From the NCBI GenBank assembly GCA_963674865.2, contig CAXXYE010000007.1, positions 1 to 64,000 on the forward strand: a stretch of 64,000 bases of DNA, read 5' to 3'. The notes below the pieces were generated by a model, which saw only the letters and a list, made by a program, of their open reading frames with translations, ran no database searches and was not told where the DNA came from. This document shows positions 10,259 through 18,805 of the stretch, piece by piece. Position 1 is the stretch's first letter; every line of letters starts with the position of its first letter. Source of the stretch: Candidatus Hydrogenedentota bacterium (GTDB lineage: Bacteria; Hydrogenedentota; Hydrogenedentia; Hydrogenedentales; SLHB01). Position numbers and translations under genes: made by a program.

Positions 10259-11820
10259 AAAAGCACGGGGATGTCGAAGTGCGCCCGCGAAGCGAGCTTG
10301 TCGCTTGTCTGAGAGATGCGTTCCGCTCCGCAGAGGTCGAGGTGGAGGGCGCCCGTGGCGGCGTTCTGTGCATCGAGTCGAAAGAGGCGAGGAGCTTGGC
10401 ATTCCGGCACGTCTTTCTCGGGGGCGTCAACGAGGGCGCCATTCCTCAGCTGCCTCCTGCCAGTGCCATCTATTCCGAGCAGGACCTGGATGAACTGGCC
10501 GCGGTGGACGTTGTATTGGAGGGCCGGCGCATGGCCGGCGCACGTGAGTCCGCGCTCTTTCATGAAGTGCTGGGACTGGCGACGGAGCGGCTGGTTATCA
10601 CGTGGCAAACGCTTGGGCAGGATGACAAGGAGGCGCGGCGTAGTCCATACCTCGAAGACCTCTTGCGCATGTTCCCCGAGTGTGATATCGAGCGAGGCGT
10701 CCGGCGGGCGAGCGAGTTCTATCCGGAAGCGGCGGATGCAGCCTCGATGCGGGATGTGCGCAACCGGGCCTTTGCCGAGGATAGCCGCCTGTGCGAACTG
10801 TTCCGCGAAGAGTTCGCACAGGCGCTCGAGGGCGCGCGCATAGAACAGAGCCGCTACGGCCGCTCGCCGTTCGACGTATTCGACGGGATCCTCGCTGACG
10901 CCGCGCTCGTTGAAGGAATTGCCGGGCGATTCGGCGACGGGCATGAATTCAGCGCGGCGCAACTCGAGACGTACTTGGCGTGCCCGTTTCGTTTTTTTGT
11001 TGAGCGAATACTCTGCGTTGCGCCGATGGAGGACCCGGCTTCGGAGGTGACGGACCTCGAGCATGGCCTGCTCACGCACGCCATTCTGGAGTCTTTCCAC
11101 AATGGCTTTGCTGGTACTCCCGTAGCCGAGATGGACCTCGAGGAGGCTGGGCTCGCCATGGACGCGTGCATCGAGGAGGCGGTTTCGGAGCGAGCCGAGC
11201 GCGTTTCGCTTCCGCCAGGCCTCATTGAGGTCGAGCGCCGTCGTTTGCACACGCTTCTGAAGCGTTACTTGGCCATCGAACACGACGCCGACGGGGCGTG
11301 GCGGCCGGCGCACTTCGAGGTGTCGTTCGGCGAAGCACGGCGGCCTTCCGACGACGTCTTGAGCAAGGCGGAGGCTCTGGTTCTCGACACTAGCGCGGGG
11401 CCGCTACGCATCGGCGGGCGGATCGATCGCGTCGACTTGCGCGGCGAGGATGCGCGCTTGGTTGATTACAAGACGGGGGCGCCTCCCGCGGCCGGTGACG
11501 TGCGTGATGGGCTGTCGCTCCAGCTTGCGCTGTACGCTCTTGCTTTCGAGGAGTGTCTGGCGCCGGGCCGGCGATGTGCGGAGGCTGCGTTCCTCAAGGT
11601 GGGCACGAGCGAGCGGCGGGTGTGTCCGAGTGCGCGCGGCGGATTGGAGTGGGAGGACGTGAAGGCCGCGGCCCTGGAGCGAATGGGCGAATGTGTCAAA
11701 GGGATCAGGACGGGGCGATTCCCGCCCGATGCGAAGGGCCACCCGTGCAGGCATTGCGCCGTAGTGAGGGCCTGCCGCTTCGAGGCGTCGCGGATCGAGC
11801 GCAAACGAGGCGGCGCCTGA
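10252..11820 (+). CDS. addB: AddB-like PD-(D/E)XK nuclease subunit, C-terminal part (5'-truncated)
   Basis: FSAAQLETYLACPFRFF, GRIDRVD, VDYKTG, QLALYA and CRHCxxxxxC (Fe-S staple cysteines); stop overlaps the addA start. Confidence 0.85.
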   Translation: MHEKHGDVEVRPRSELVACLRDAFRSAEVEVEGARGGVLCIESKEARSLAFRHVFLGGVNEGAIPQLPPASAIYSEQDLDELAAVDVVLEGRRMAGARESALFHEVLGLATERLVITWQTLGQDDKEARRSPYLEDLLRMFPECDIERGVRRASEFYPEAADAASMRDVRNRAFAEDSRLCELFREEFAQALEGARIEQSRYGRSPFDVFDGILADAALVEGIAGRFGDGHEFSAAQLETYLACPFRFFVERILCVAPMEDPASEVTDLEHGLLTHAILESFHNGFAGTPVAEMDLEEAGLAMDACIEEAVSERAERVSLPPGLIEVERRRLHTLLKRYLAIEHDADGAWRPAHFEVSFGEARRPSDDVLSKAEALVLDTSAGPLRIGGRIDRVDLRGEDARLVDYKTGAPPAAGDVRDGLSLQLALYALAFEECLAPGRRCAEAAFLKVGTSERRVCPSARGGLEWEDVKAAALERMGECVKGIRTGRFPPDAKGHPCRHCAVVRACRFEASRIERKRGGA

Positions 11821-14800
11821 TGGAATGGACGCCGGAACAGAAGGACGCGATTGAGGCCACCGGGCAGGACCTCTGTGTTGATGCGGCGGCCGGATCTGGG
11901 AAGACGCGTGTGCTCGTCGAGCGCGTCGTGCACCTTCTCGACACCAAGGCGACGTCGTTGGACAAGATTGTGGCGATTACCTTTACGAGGAAGGCCGCCG
12001 CGGAGATGAAGTCGCGCCTGAGGGCGGTGTGCCGTTTGCGTGAGGAGGGTGCTGACGCCCGGGCCGTAGACTTCTGGCGAGAGGCCGCGAGGCACGTCGA
12101 GACGGCGCGAATCATGACGATCGACGCTTTCTGTACGAGCCTCTTGCATGAGAATGCGCTGGCCGTGCCGCTCGATCCCGATTTTACGGTGCTGCCTGAA
12201 CCGGATGACTACTTGCTTCGTTCCGAGGTTGTCGAGCGAAAGCTGCACGCCCTATTCAACGTGCAGGACGAGGCGGCGTTGCGCCTGGCGTCTGAATGCC
12301 GGCTGGATCAGCTCAAGGCCACACTTGAGGTGCTTCTGTCAAAGGGCGGCGTCATGGCGGAGATCGCCCGAGACGAGGCTTGGGCGTCGTCCGAAGCGCT
12401 TCTCGCGGCCTGGCCGGACAAGGTTGAGGCGGCGCGAATGGCCGTTCTGGCCTCGTTGTCCAGCTCCGCGGAATCGGCGCGGCTTCGGGCCATGCTTGCG
12501 CAGTTCGAGGGGCGTTGCTCAGATCCCTCTGAGGGGCGTGAGGTGTGGCGCAGGCAGATGCTTGCCCTTTTCGAGGAAATCGGCCAATGCTCAGATGCGA
12601 AGCGGATCAACAGACTAATCGAGGGATTCTTGGCCGACAAGCCTCGACGAGGCAAGAGCGCCGCATGGGACTCGCCCGAGGCCTTCAAGCGTCTGGCGGA
12701 TATCCAAAAGGAGGTCAAGAAGTTCCTCGAATCACTAAGGCCCCAATCCGTGGATACGGAGATCGAGCGGGCCGCCGCGCAGATGACATGGGACTTCTTC
12801 GCGGTGTACTCCGAGGTGCTCGCGGAACACCGGAAGGCCAAGGAGGCGCGGGCCGCGTTGGACTTTGGCGACCTTATGCTCAACACGCTCGAGCTACTGC
12901 GTGGCAATATGCAGGCCAGGGAGCGCATCGGGCGGACGATAGAGCATTTGCTGGTGGACGAGTTCCAGGACACCAACTCGGAACAGCTCGAACTGGTAAG
13001 CCTGCTGATGGATGCCGCCAGGGACGCCGAGCTATTCATCGTCGGGGACGCGAAGCAATCGATTTACGCGTTTCGCGGGGCGGAGGTCGAGGTGTTCGCT
13101 CAGGCTCAAGAGGGCAAGCGGCGTATTGCCCTGGAGCGAAACTTCCGTTCGGCGCCGGAGGTGTTGGCCTTCGTCAACGAAGTCTTCGCCCGGACGAACC
13201 TGTTAAGCGCCGTTGAATCCACATACCATCCCATGACGGCGCACCGTGAGGGGGGCGAGGCGTGCCGCGTCGAGTTTCTGATCGCGGATAAGCCGGCGGA
13301 TGATGCTTCAGTGGAGGTCGGCCGCGCCGCGGAGGCGGGGCTCATCGCCGGGCGTATCGCCGAGATGTGTGCCGGCGAGAGCCGCGCGCGGGTGGGCGCC
13401 CCGAAGACAAATGAGGTGCGGGAGGCCGGCTTCGGCGACGTGGCGCTGCTGTTCCGCGCCATGAGCAGCGTGCACCTCTATGAACAGGCGCTGCGGCGGG
13501 CCAACATCCCGTATCAGGTGGCGGCCGGCGCGGGCTTTTACGAACGCCAGGAGGTGATGGATCTTCGCAACCTGTTGAGCTTGGTAGTGGATCCCTGGAA
13601 CGACGTAGCGCTACTGGGATTCCTACGGAGTCCGATGGTTGGCCTGTCCGATGAGGGGCTTGTGCGCCTGACGGATGGCGAGGGCCTGGCGGCGCGGTTC
13701 TGGAGTGAGAAGAGCCTGGCGGAGCCGGAGCAGACGGAGGCGCTGGGCCGGGCACGGCGGCTCATCCATGACCTGCACGCGCACTGTGAGATGCCGCTGC
13801 CGGCTTTCGTCCGGCTCGCACTGGACATGACAGGCTATGAGGCCATCGTGTCATCCTTATTCCTTGGTGGCCAGCGCGCGTGTAACGTCCGCAAGCTGAT
13901 TGATCTGGCACACAACTTCACGCGGTCCCAGTCGCCCCGGCTGCACACGTTTCTGGCCTATCTCGAGGAGATGGCGGCGCAGGAGATTCGCGAGGGGGAA
14001 GCGTCACTTCAGCCTGAGGGCGCCGATGTGGTGACGCTGATGACCATCCACAAGGCCAAGGGACTGGAGTTCCCCATCGTCTTCCTTCCCGATTGCTCAA
14101 GAGAAGTGCGTTCAGGTGACTCGAAGCCGGTTGTGCTTCACCGCGCGCTCGGGATGGCGGCGCGCGTCACCAACACGCAGGGGCGTTCGCGCACGCCGGC
14201 TTTGTATGACGCGATTGTGAGCGACCATAAGGACAAGGAGCTGGCAGAGCATGCCCGGCTGATGTATGTGGCGATGACGCGCGCCCGGGATTGGCTATTG
14301 CTTAGCGGGACGCCGGACGCAGGGAAGTACTCCTGGTTCGAGACATTGAACGGATGTCTTGGCCTGTCTGGATGCGCCGACGGAGCCGCGCTCCAAGGCG
14401 ACGGTTGGCGTGCCGTAGTACGCAGGAGCGCCGGGCCGGCGCACGTGCCGTCGGTGAAGAGGGCCCCTGCCGAGTTGCCGTTACGGGAGAGTCTCCTGGC
14501 GCGGATTGGCCCCGTTGACGCGCCATCTGCACCGCGGCGGATGCTGGCCGTCACGAGGCTGGTAGAGGCGATGGCCGTGGACGGCGCGCCGCGGAGTGAG
14601 GGAAGGGGCAAGCCGACGGCGGCAGCGCGCGTCGGGATAGCACCGCACATCTGGGGAGATCTTGTCCACCTCTTTTTTGAGGAGTGGGACTTCCGAACGC
14701 CGCCCGAGCCGTTGATCGAGAACATGCTAGGGAAGGATGGCCACTCGCGGAAGCGGCGAGAGCGGCTGAGGACAGAAATCGAGAATGTCGCGAGGCGCGT

Positions 14801-15158
14801 TGCCTGTTCGGATGTTGGTGAGCGGGTGCGCAGAGGAGAGGGTTTTCAGCGCGAGGCGCCTTTCCTTTTCCGGTTGGACGACGTGATTCTGAACGGCGTC
14901 GTGGATTTGTTGTTCGATGATGGCTCGGTGGTGGACTACAAGACGGGCCATTTCGATGCTCTCGCGCATGAGCGCCATGTCCGGCAGATTCAGCTCTACG
15001 CAGCGGCTGTGCGTGTGTTGTTGGAAAAGGAGCCGCCGATGGCACGGATCTACTATGTCGACGAGGACGTCTGGCGCGAGGTAGATGTATCGGAGGCGGC
15101 GGTTGAGAAATGCCTTGGACACGCCCGCGCGGCCATCCAGGCTCTACGCGAGCTGTGA
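11820..15158 (+). CDS. addA: AddA-like UvrD helicase/nuclease
   Basis: AAAGSGKT, TFTRKAAAEM, VDEFQDTN, VGDAKQSIYAFRGA, MTIHKAKGLEF, YVAMTRAR and C-terminal GVVD...VDYKTG nuclease motif. Confidence 0.92.
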   Translation: MEWTPEQKDAIEATGQDLCVDAAAGSGKTRVLVERVVHLLDTKATSLDKIVAITFTRKAAAEMKSRLRAVCRLREEGADARAVDFWREAARHVETARIMTIDAFCTSLLHENALAVPLDPDFTVLPEPDDYLLRSEVVERKLHALFNVQDEAALRLASECRLDQLKATLEVLLSKGGVMAEIARDEAWASSEALLAAWPDKVEAARMAVLASLSSSAESARLRAMLAQFEGRCSDPSEGREVWRRQMLALFEEIGQCSDAKRINRLIEGFLADKPRRGKSAAWDSPEAFKRLADIQKEVKKFLESLRPQSVDTEIERAAAQMTWDFFAVYSEVLAEHRKAKEARAALDFGDLMLNTLELLRGNMQARERIGRTIEHLLVDEFQDTNSEQLELVSLLMDAARDAELFIVGDAKQSIYAFRGAEVEVFAQAQEGKRRIALERNFRSAPEVLAFVNEVFARTNLLSAVESTYHPMTAHREGGEACRVEFLIADKPADDASVEVGRAAEAGLIAGRIAEMCAGESRARVGAPKTNEVREAGFGDVALLFRAMSSVHLYEQALRRANIPYQVAAGAGFYERQEVMDLRNLLSLVVDPWNDVALLGFLRSPMVGLSDEGLVRLTDGEGLAARFWSEKSLAEPEQTEALGRARRLIHDLHAHCEMPLPAFVRLALDMTGYEAIVSSLFLGGQRACNVRKLIDLAHNFTRSQSPRLHTFLAYLEEMAAQEIREGEASLQPEGADVVTLMTIHKAKGLEFPIVFLPDCSREVRSGDSKPVVLHRALGMAARVTNTQGRSRTPALYDAIVSDHKDKELAEHARLMYVAMTRARDWLLLSGTPDAGKYSWFETLNGCLGLSGCADGAALQGDGWRAVVRRSAGPAHVPSVKRAPAELPLRESLLARIGPVDAPSAPRRMLAVTRLVEAMAVDGAPRSEGRGKPTAAARVGIAPHIWGDLVHLFFEEWDFRTPPEPLIENMLGKDGHSRKRRERLRTEIENVARRVACSDVGERVRRGEGFQREAPFLFRLDDVILNGVVDLLFDDGSVVDYKTGHFDALAHERHVRQIQLYAAAVRVLLEKEPPMARIYYVDEDVWREVDVSEAAVEKCLGHARAAIQALREL

Positions 15159-15191
15159 GAGCTTGTGAAACAACCGTTGGTGTCCGGAAAC

Positions 15192-15236
15192 GGGGACACG
15201 TAGTTGCGCCGGGGACGGCGCTTTGAACATGTTCCC
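15192..15236. repeat. Imperfect inverted repeat between convergent addA and yraN (REP-like or terminator)
   Basis: GGGGACACGT...GCGCC/GGCGC...ACATGTTCCC. Confidence 0.4.
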
Positions 15237-15283
15237 TTCTCTTCCCGTATTCCCTCACGCGCTCTTAGGCGAGTGCCGCTCGG

Positions 15284-15658
15284 CTATTCGTCCGGGAAGG
15301 CGTCGCGGAACAGCGTGGCGGACGGCTTGCCTTCTTCGGGAATCGTGACGGCCACGATGTCGAAGCGGTAATACTGGCCCGGGTCGTCGCGTCGTTCTAT
15401 GTAGTGGTGCGCCGCCCTGCGAATATGGCGGCGTTTCTCCGCGGTGACGTTCTCTTCGGGGGTGGCGAGGGTAGTATCGCGGCGGGTCTTGACCTCGACG
15501 AAGGCAATGGTGTCCTTATCCTGGGCGATGATGTCGATTTCGTATCGGCCGAGCCGGACGTTGCGTTCGAGAATCACAAAGCCTCGTCGTTGTAGATGCC
15601 GGGCCGCAAACCGCTCCCCCTTTTCGGCCAGTGTCGCTCCCTTGCCGAAGGGCCACAT
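15284..15658 (-). CDS. yraN: YraN (UPF0102) family endonuclease-like protein
   Basis: GERFAARHL, EIDIIA, FVEVKTR, RFDIVAV. Confidence 0.9.
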   Translation of the reverse strand: MWPFGKGATLAEKGERFAARHLQRRGFVILERNVRLGRYEIDIIAQDKDTIAFVEVKTRRDTTLATPEENVTAEKRRHIRRAAHHYIERRDDPGQYYRFDIVAVTIPEEGKPSATLFRDAFPDE

Positions 15659-16488
15659 CAGGCCGTGGCGCCCTCGGTAGCGGGAAACAGCCTGATCTCG
15701 TCGAATGAACGGTGTTGATAGGCGCGGACTCTGCCCATCCGGCAGAGCTCGAGGATAGCCAAGAAGCAGCAGACAAGCTCCACGCGGCTTGTGCACGTCT
15801 GAAACAACTCCGTCCAAGCGACGCTCTCATTCTTGTCGAGAAGTCCCTGAATGTAGTCGATTTTGTCGTCAACGGAGTGCACCTTGGCGGCGACGACGTG
15901 CATCTGCTCTTCAGCGACAAAACGCAAGACGCCCTTGAAGGCATCGATCAGATCGTAAAGACTGACTTCGAGGTATCCTTCTTCCTCGTCATCAGGCTCA
16001 ATATCCGGTTTCGCCTTGCGCGTGTACCAGTTGGCGCGCTCCTCTTCGAGCGCTTCGAGGCGAACCATCACATCGCGGTACTTGCGGTACTCGATGAGCT
16101 TCTCAACGAGTTCGAGTCGGGGATCTTCCTCCTCCAACTCTTCGTCTTCTTCGTCCGTGTCCTCGGGAAGGAGCATCTTGGACTTGATCTGGATGAGGGT
16201 GGCGGCCATGACGAGGAACTCACCGGCGACGTCGAGGTTCTCCTCGCGAAGCAGCTCCAAGAAGCGCAGGTATTGCTCCGTGATCTTGGCGATGGGGATG
16301 TCGAAGATATCGATTTCCTGTGCCTTGATGAGGTACAGGAGGACCTCGAAAGGCCCCTCGAATTTGTCCAAATGGAGCCGAAGCACCTCGTCAGTGGCTT
16401 CATCGACGATCAAGGCATCCGTATCCGCCGCTAACTCGGATGATTCCCGCTGAAGTTCTGTGGTGTCCGCCATTTCCGTGTTTTCCAT
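15658..16488 (-). CDS. scpA: Segregation and condensation protein A (kleisin)
   Basis: FEGPFEVLLYLI, DIPIAKITEQYL, FLVMAATLIQIKSKMLLP, FLAILEL. Confidence 0.92.
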   Translation of the reverse strand: MENTEMADTTELQRESSELAADTDALIVDEATDEVLRLHLDKFEGPFEVLLYLIKAQEIDIFDIPIAKITEQYLRFLELLREENLDVAGEFLVMAATLIQIKSKMLLPEDTDEEDEELEEEDPRLELVEKLIEYRKYRDVMVRLEALEEERANWYTRKAKPDIEPDDEEEGYLEVSLYDLIDAFKGVLRFVAEEQMHVVAAKVHSVDDKIDYIQGLLDKNESVAWTELFQTCTSRVELVCCFLAILELCRMGRVRAYQHRSFDEIRLFPATEGATA

Positions 16489-16802
16489 CCCCTTTCGACG
16501 GGGCCGATCCTAACTTGCGGAAGGCCCCTTACGCAAGGGGGCGTTCGTGCCCCCGGTGGCCGGGTTGCCAATTGTGCCGCGCGTCCAGTCATTAGAAGAA
16601 AAGGCGTGCGCGGAAGGAGTGGCTTCACCTAATGGGTGGGCAGGTTTCAAGAGGAGAAGTCGATCGGAGGCGCCAAGTGCGCGGCACTGTCGAATTCGTC
16701 GGCGATTGACGTCGTGCCCGGGACGGGGCCGTGCTACACTGAGTGGCCCATGGATCGGGCCGACAGACGGGGTCTTGAGCTGTGGCGGGCACTGGAGGCG
16801 TG

Positions 16803-18761
16803 ATGCCTATTCCGAAAACTGAGATTTACGTGAATTCCTTGGGGCAGCGTCTTGCGCGGATTCCAGCGGGCACTTTCCTCATGGGCATGGAGGGCACGCT
16901 GCTTCCGGACGCCCTGTCGGGGAAGACGATGCGCTGCGCGGGGGATTTCGACGAGTATCCGGTTCACGAAGTGACTCTCTCGAAGCCATTCTACATGGGC
17001 GTGTGCGAGGTGACGAACGCTGAATACGAGGAGTTCGACGCGACCCATCGGGCATTTCGAGGCAAGCTTGGCATCTCGAAGGCCGATGACGAAGCGGTGG
17101 TTTTCGTGAGTTGGCACGAGGCGCTCTCATTTTGCGCGTGGCTTTCGGAGAAGGAAGGGCTGCCGTACCGGCTACCGACAGAGGCGGAATGGGAGTACGC
17201 CTGCCGGGCAGGGACGACGACGCCCTTCCATACGGGCGCGAGTTTGCCGGAAGCCTACCTGAAGAATGCCCGGCGAAGCCGTTTTCCCGATCCAAAGCGG
17301 AGTACCGACGAGGATATTGTGCAGCTTACCGTCGGCCAGACTCCGCCGAATCCCTGGGGGCTGCACGATATGCACGGCAACGTCGAGGAGTGGTGTCAGG
17401 ACTGGTACGGCCCCTACGAGGCGGGGCGGCAGACGGATCCCGTCGGGCGGGCCGAGGGCGACTTTCGGGTGACTCGGGGCGGCAGCCACTCGACGGAGGT
17501 CTATTACCTGCGCTCTTCGAACCGCATGGGGACGCTGCCGGAGGACAAGCACTGGCTCATCGGTTTCCGGCTTGTCTTGGGGGAGGCGCGGGACACGGAG
17601 CCATTGCCGCCTGCGTCGCCGGAAGCGGTGTTCCTTGATGTGCGACAGGAGAAACCGGCCTGTGAAGGGGCCTCGTCCACTCCCGTTTTTCGAGGGCCGA
17701 AGCCTTATGTGAAGATACCTGCGGATTCCTACGGGCCTTTGTTTTCAGGGCACAATCACGATCCTGCGCTGGCGGCTTGTCCCAACGGCGACCTGCTGGC
17801 GGTGTGGTACAGCGCGATGAATGAGGAGGAGTCGGACAGGGAACTGACGCTTCTCGGCAGCCGGTTGCGCCACGGCCGGGATGAGTGGGATGACGCCTCG
17901 GTTTTCTGGAATGCACCGGATCGCAACAACCACGGCCCGGCTCTAGGCTCGGATGGGGAAGGAACGCTGTACTTCTTCGCGGGGCTGTCGGCGGCGGCCT
18001 CCTGGTCGAACCTGGCCATTATCATGCGTACCTCGAAGGACAGCGGGGCGACGTGGACGAGGGCGCGGCTCATCGTTCCTGAGCATGGGCCGGGGCATGT
18101 CCCGGCCGAGACGGTGTTGCGTCTACGAGACGGCCGCATGGCTCTGGCGTATGACACCCGCGGCGGGACGGGCCTGCTCATGACTGAGGACGGCGGCAAG
18201 AACTGGCATGATCCGGGCGGCACCATCGCCGGGATTCATGCGGGTGTGGTGGAACTTGCCGACGGGCGGCTCTATGCCTTGGGACGCGGACACGATATCG
18301 ATGGCCGGATGCCCGCTAGTCTTTCCGAAGACGGCGGCAAGACGTGGACATATGCGGCGGGCCCATTCCCGCCCATCCAGGGCGGCCAGCGCTTGGCGCT
18401 GATGCGGCTCAAGGAAGGGCCGTTATTCCTCGCCTCTTTCGCGAACAACTACAGCCTGACGGTTTGCGACGCTTCCGGCGCCGGGCGGCCCGTGGCCGGC
18501 CTGTTTGGCGCGCTATCTTTTGATGAGGGCGCGACGTGGCCCGTCCGCCGTCTTATCAGCGATGATGGGCCGGAGCGCAGGATTTCGACAACGAGCAATC
18601 GTCCGCCATTCATCATGGACGCGAGCCACGCGGAGCCGCTAGGCTACCTGGCGGCGTGTCAGAGCACTAACGGCCTTATCCACGTTATCACGAGCCGCAA
18701 TCACTACAGCTTCAACCAGGCGTGGATGAAGAGCCCGCCGCCGGCGCTCCGGGAGCGCTGA
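16803..18761 (+). CDS. FGE-sulfatase (SUMF1-like) domain fused to a sialidase-like Asp-box propeller
   Basis: RLPTEAEWEYACRAG, PNPWGLHDMHGNVEEW, GFR; four Asp-boxes (SKDSGATW, TEDGGKNW, SEDGGKTW, SFDEGATW). Confidence 0.85.
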   Translation: MPIPKTEIYVNSLGQRLARIPAGTFLMGMEGTLLPDALSGKTMRCAGDFDEYPVHEVTLSKPFYMGVCEVTNAEYEEFDATHRAFRGKLGISKADDEAVVFVSWHEALSFCAWLSEKEGLPYRLPTEAEWEYACRAGTTTPFHTGASLPEAYLKNARRSRFPDPKRSTDEDIVQLTVGQTPPNPWGLHDMHGNVEEWCQDWYGPYEAGRQTDPVGRAEGDFRVTRGGSHSTEVYYLRSSNRMGTLPEDKHWLIGFRLVLGEARDTEPLPPASPEAVFLDVRQEKPACEGASSTPVFRGPKPYVKIPADSYGPLFSGHNHDPALAACPNGDLLAVWYSAMNEEESDRELTLLGSRLRHGRDEWDDASVFWNAPDRNNHGPALGSDGEGTLYFFAGLSAAASWSNLAIIMRTSKDSGATWTRARLIVPEHGPGHVPAETVLRLRDGRMALAYDTRGGTGLLMTEDGGKNWHDPGGTIAGIHAGVVELADGRLYALGRGHDIDGRMPASLSEDGGKTWTYAAGPFPPIQGGQRLALMRLKEGPLFLASFANNYSLTVCDASGAGRPVAGLFGALSFDEGATWPVRRLISDDGPERRISTTSNRPPFIMDASHAEPLGYLAACQSTNGLIHVITSRNHYSFNQAWMKSPPPALRER

Positions 18762-18805
18762 CGGCGATTCGTCGCGGAAGCCGCGAAAGGAAGGAGAGCC
18801 CGCCG

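Noticed and set aside
9805..11313. 502 aa minus-strand ORF, and the apparent N-termini of ORFs 9537..10442 and 10147..11820
   Set aside because: These are antisense read-through of addB and nadB across the junction with no recognisable motifs; not true gene fusions.
10252..15658. Nuclease/helicase plus YraN as an anti-phage defence or Cas4 module
   Set aside because: Motifs and gene order match housekeeping AddAB recombination genes; no cas genes or array.
16495..16575. Possible c-di-GMP-I riboswitch (ends GGTGGCCGGGTTGCC, with hairpins)
   Set aside because: The 5' GGCAAA..GAAA..CGCAAAGC core and P1/P2 pairing could not be found; only generic hairpins are present. An Rfam cmscan would settle it.
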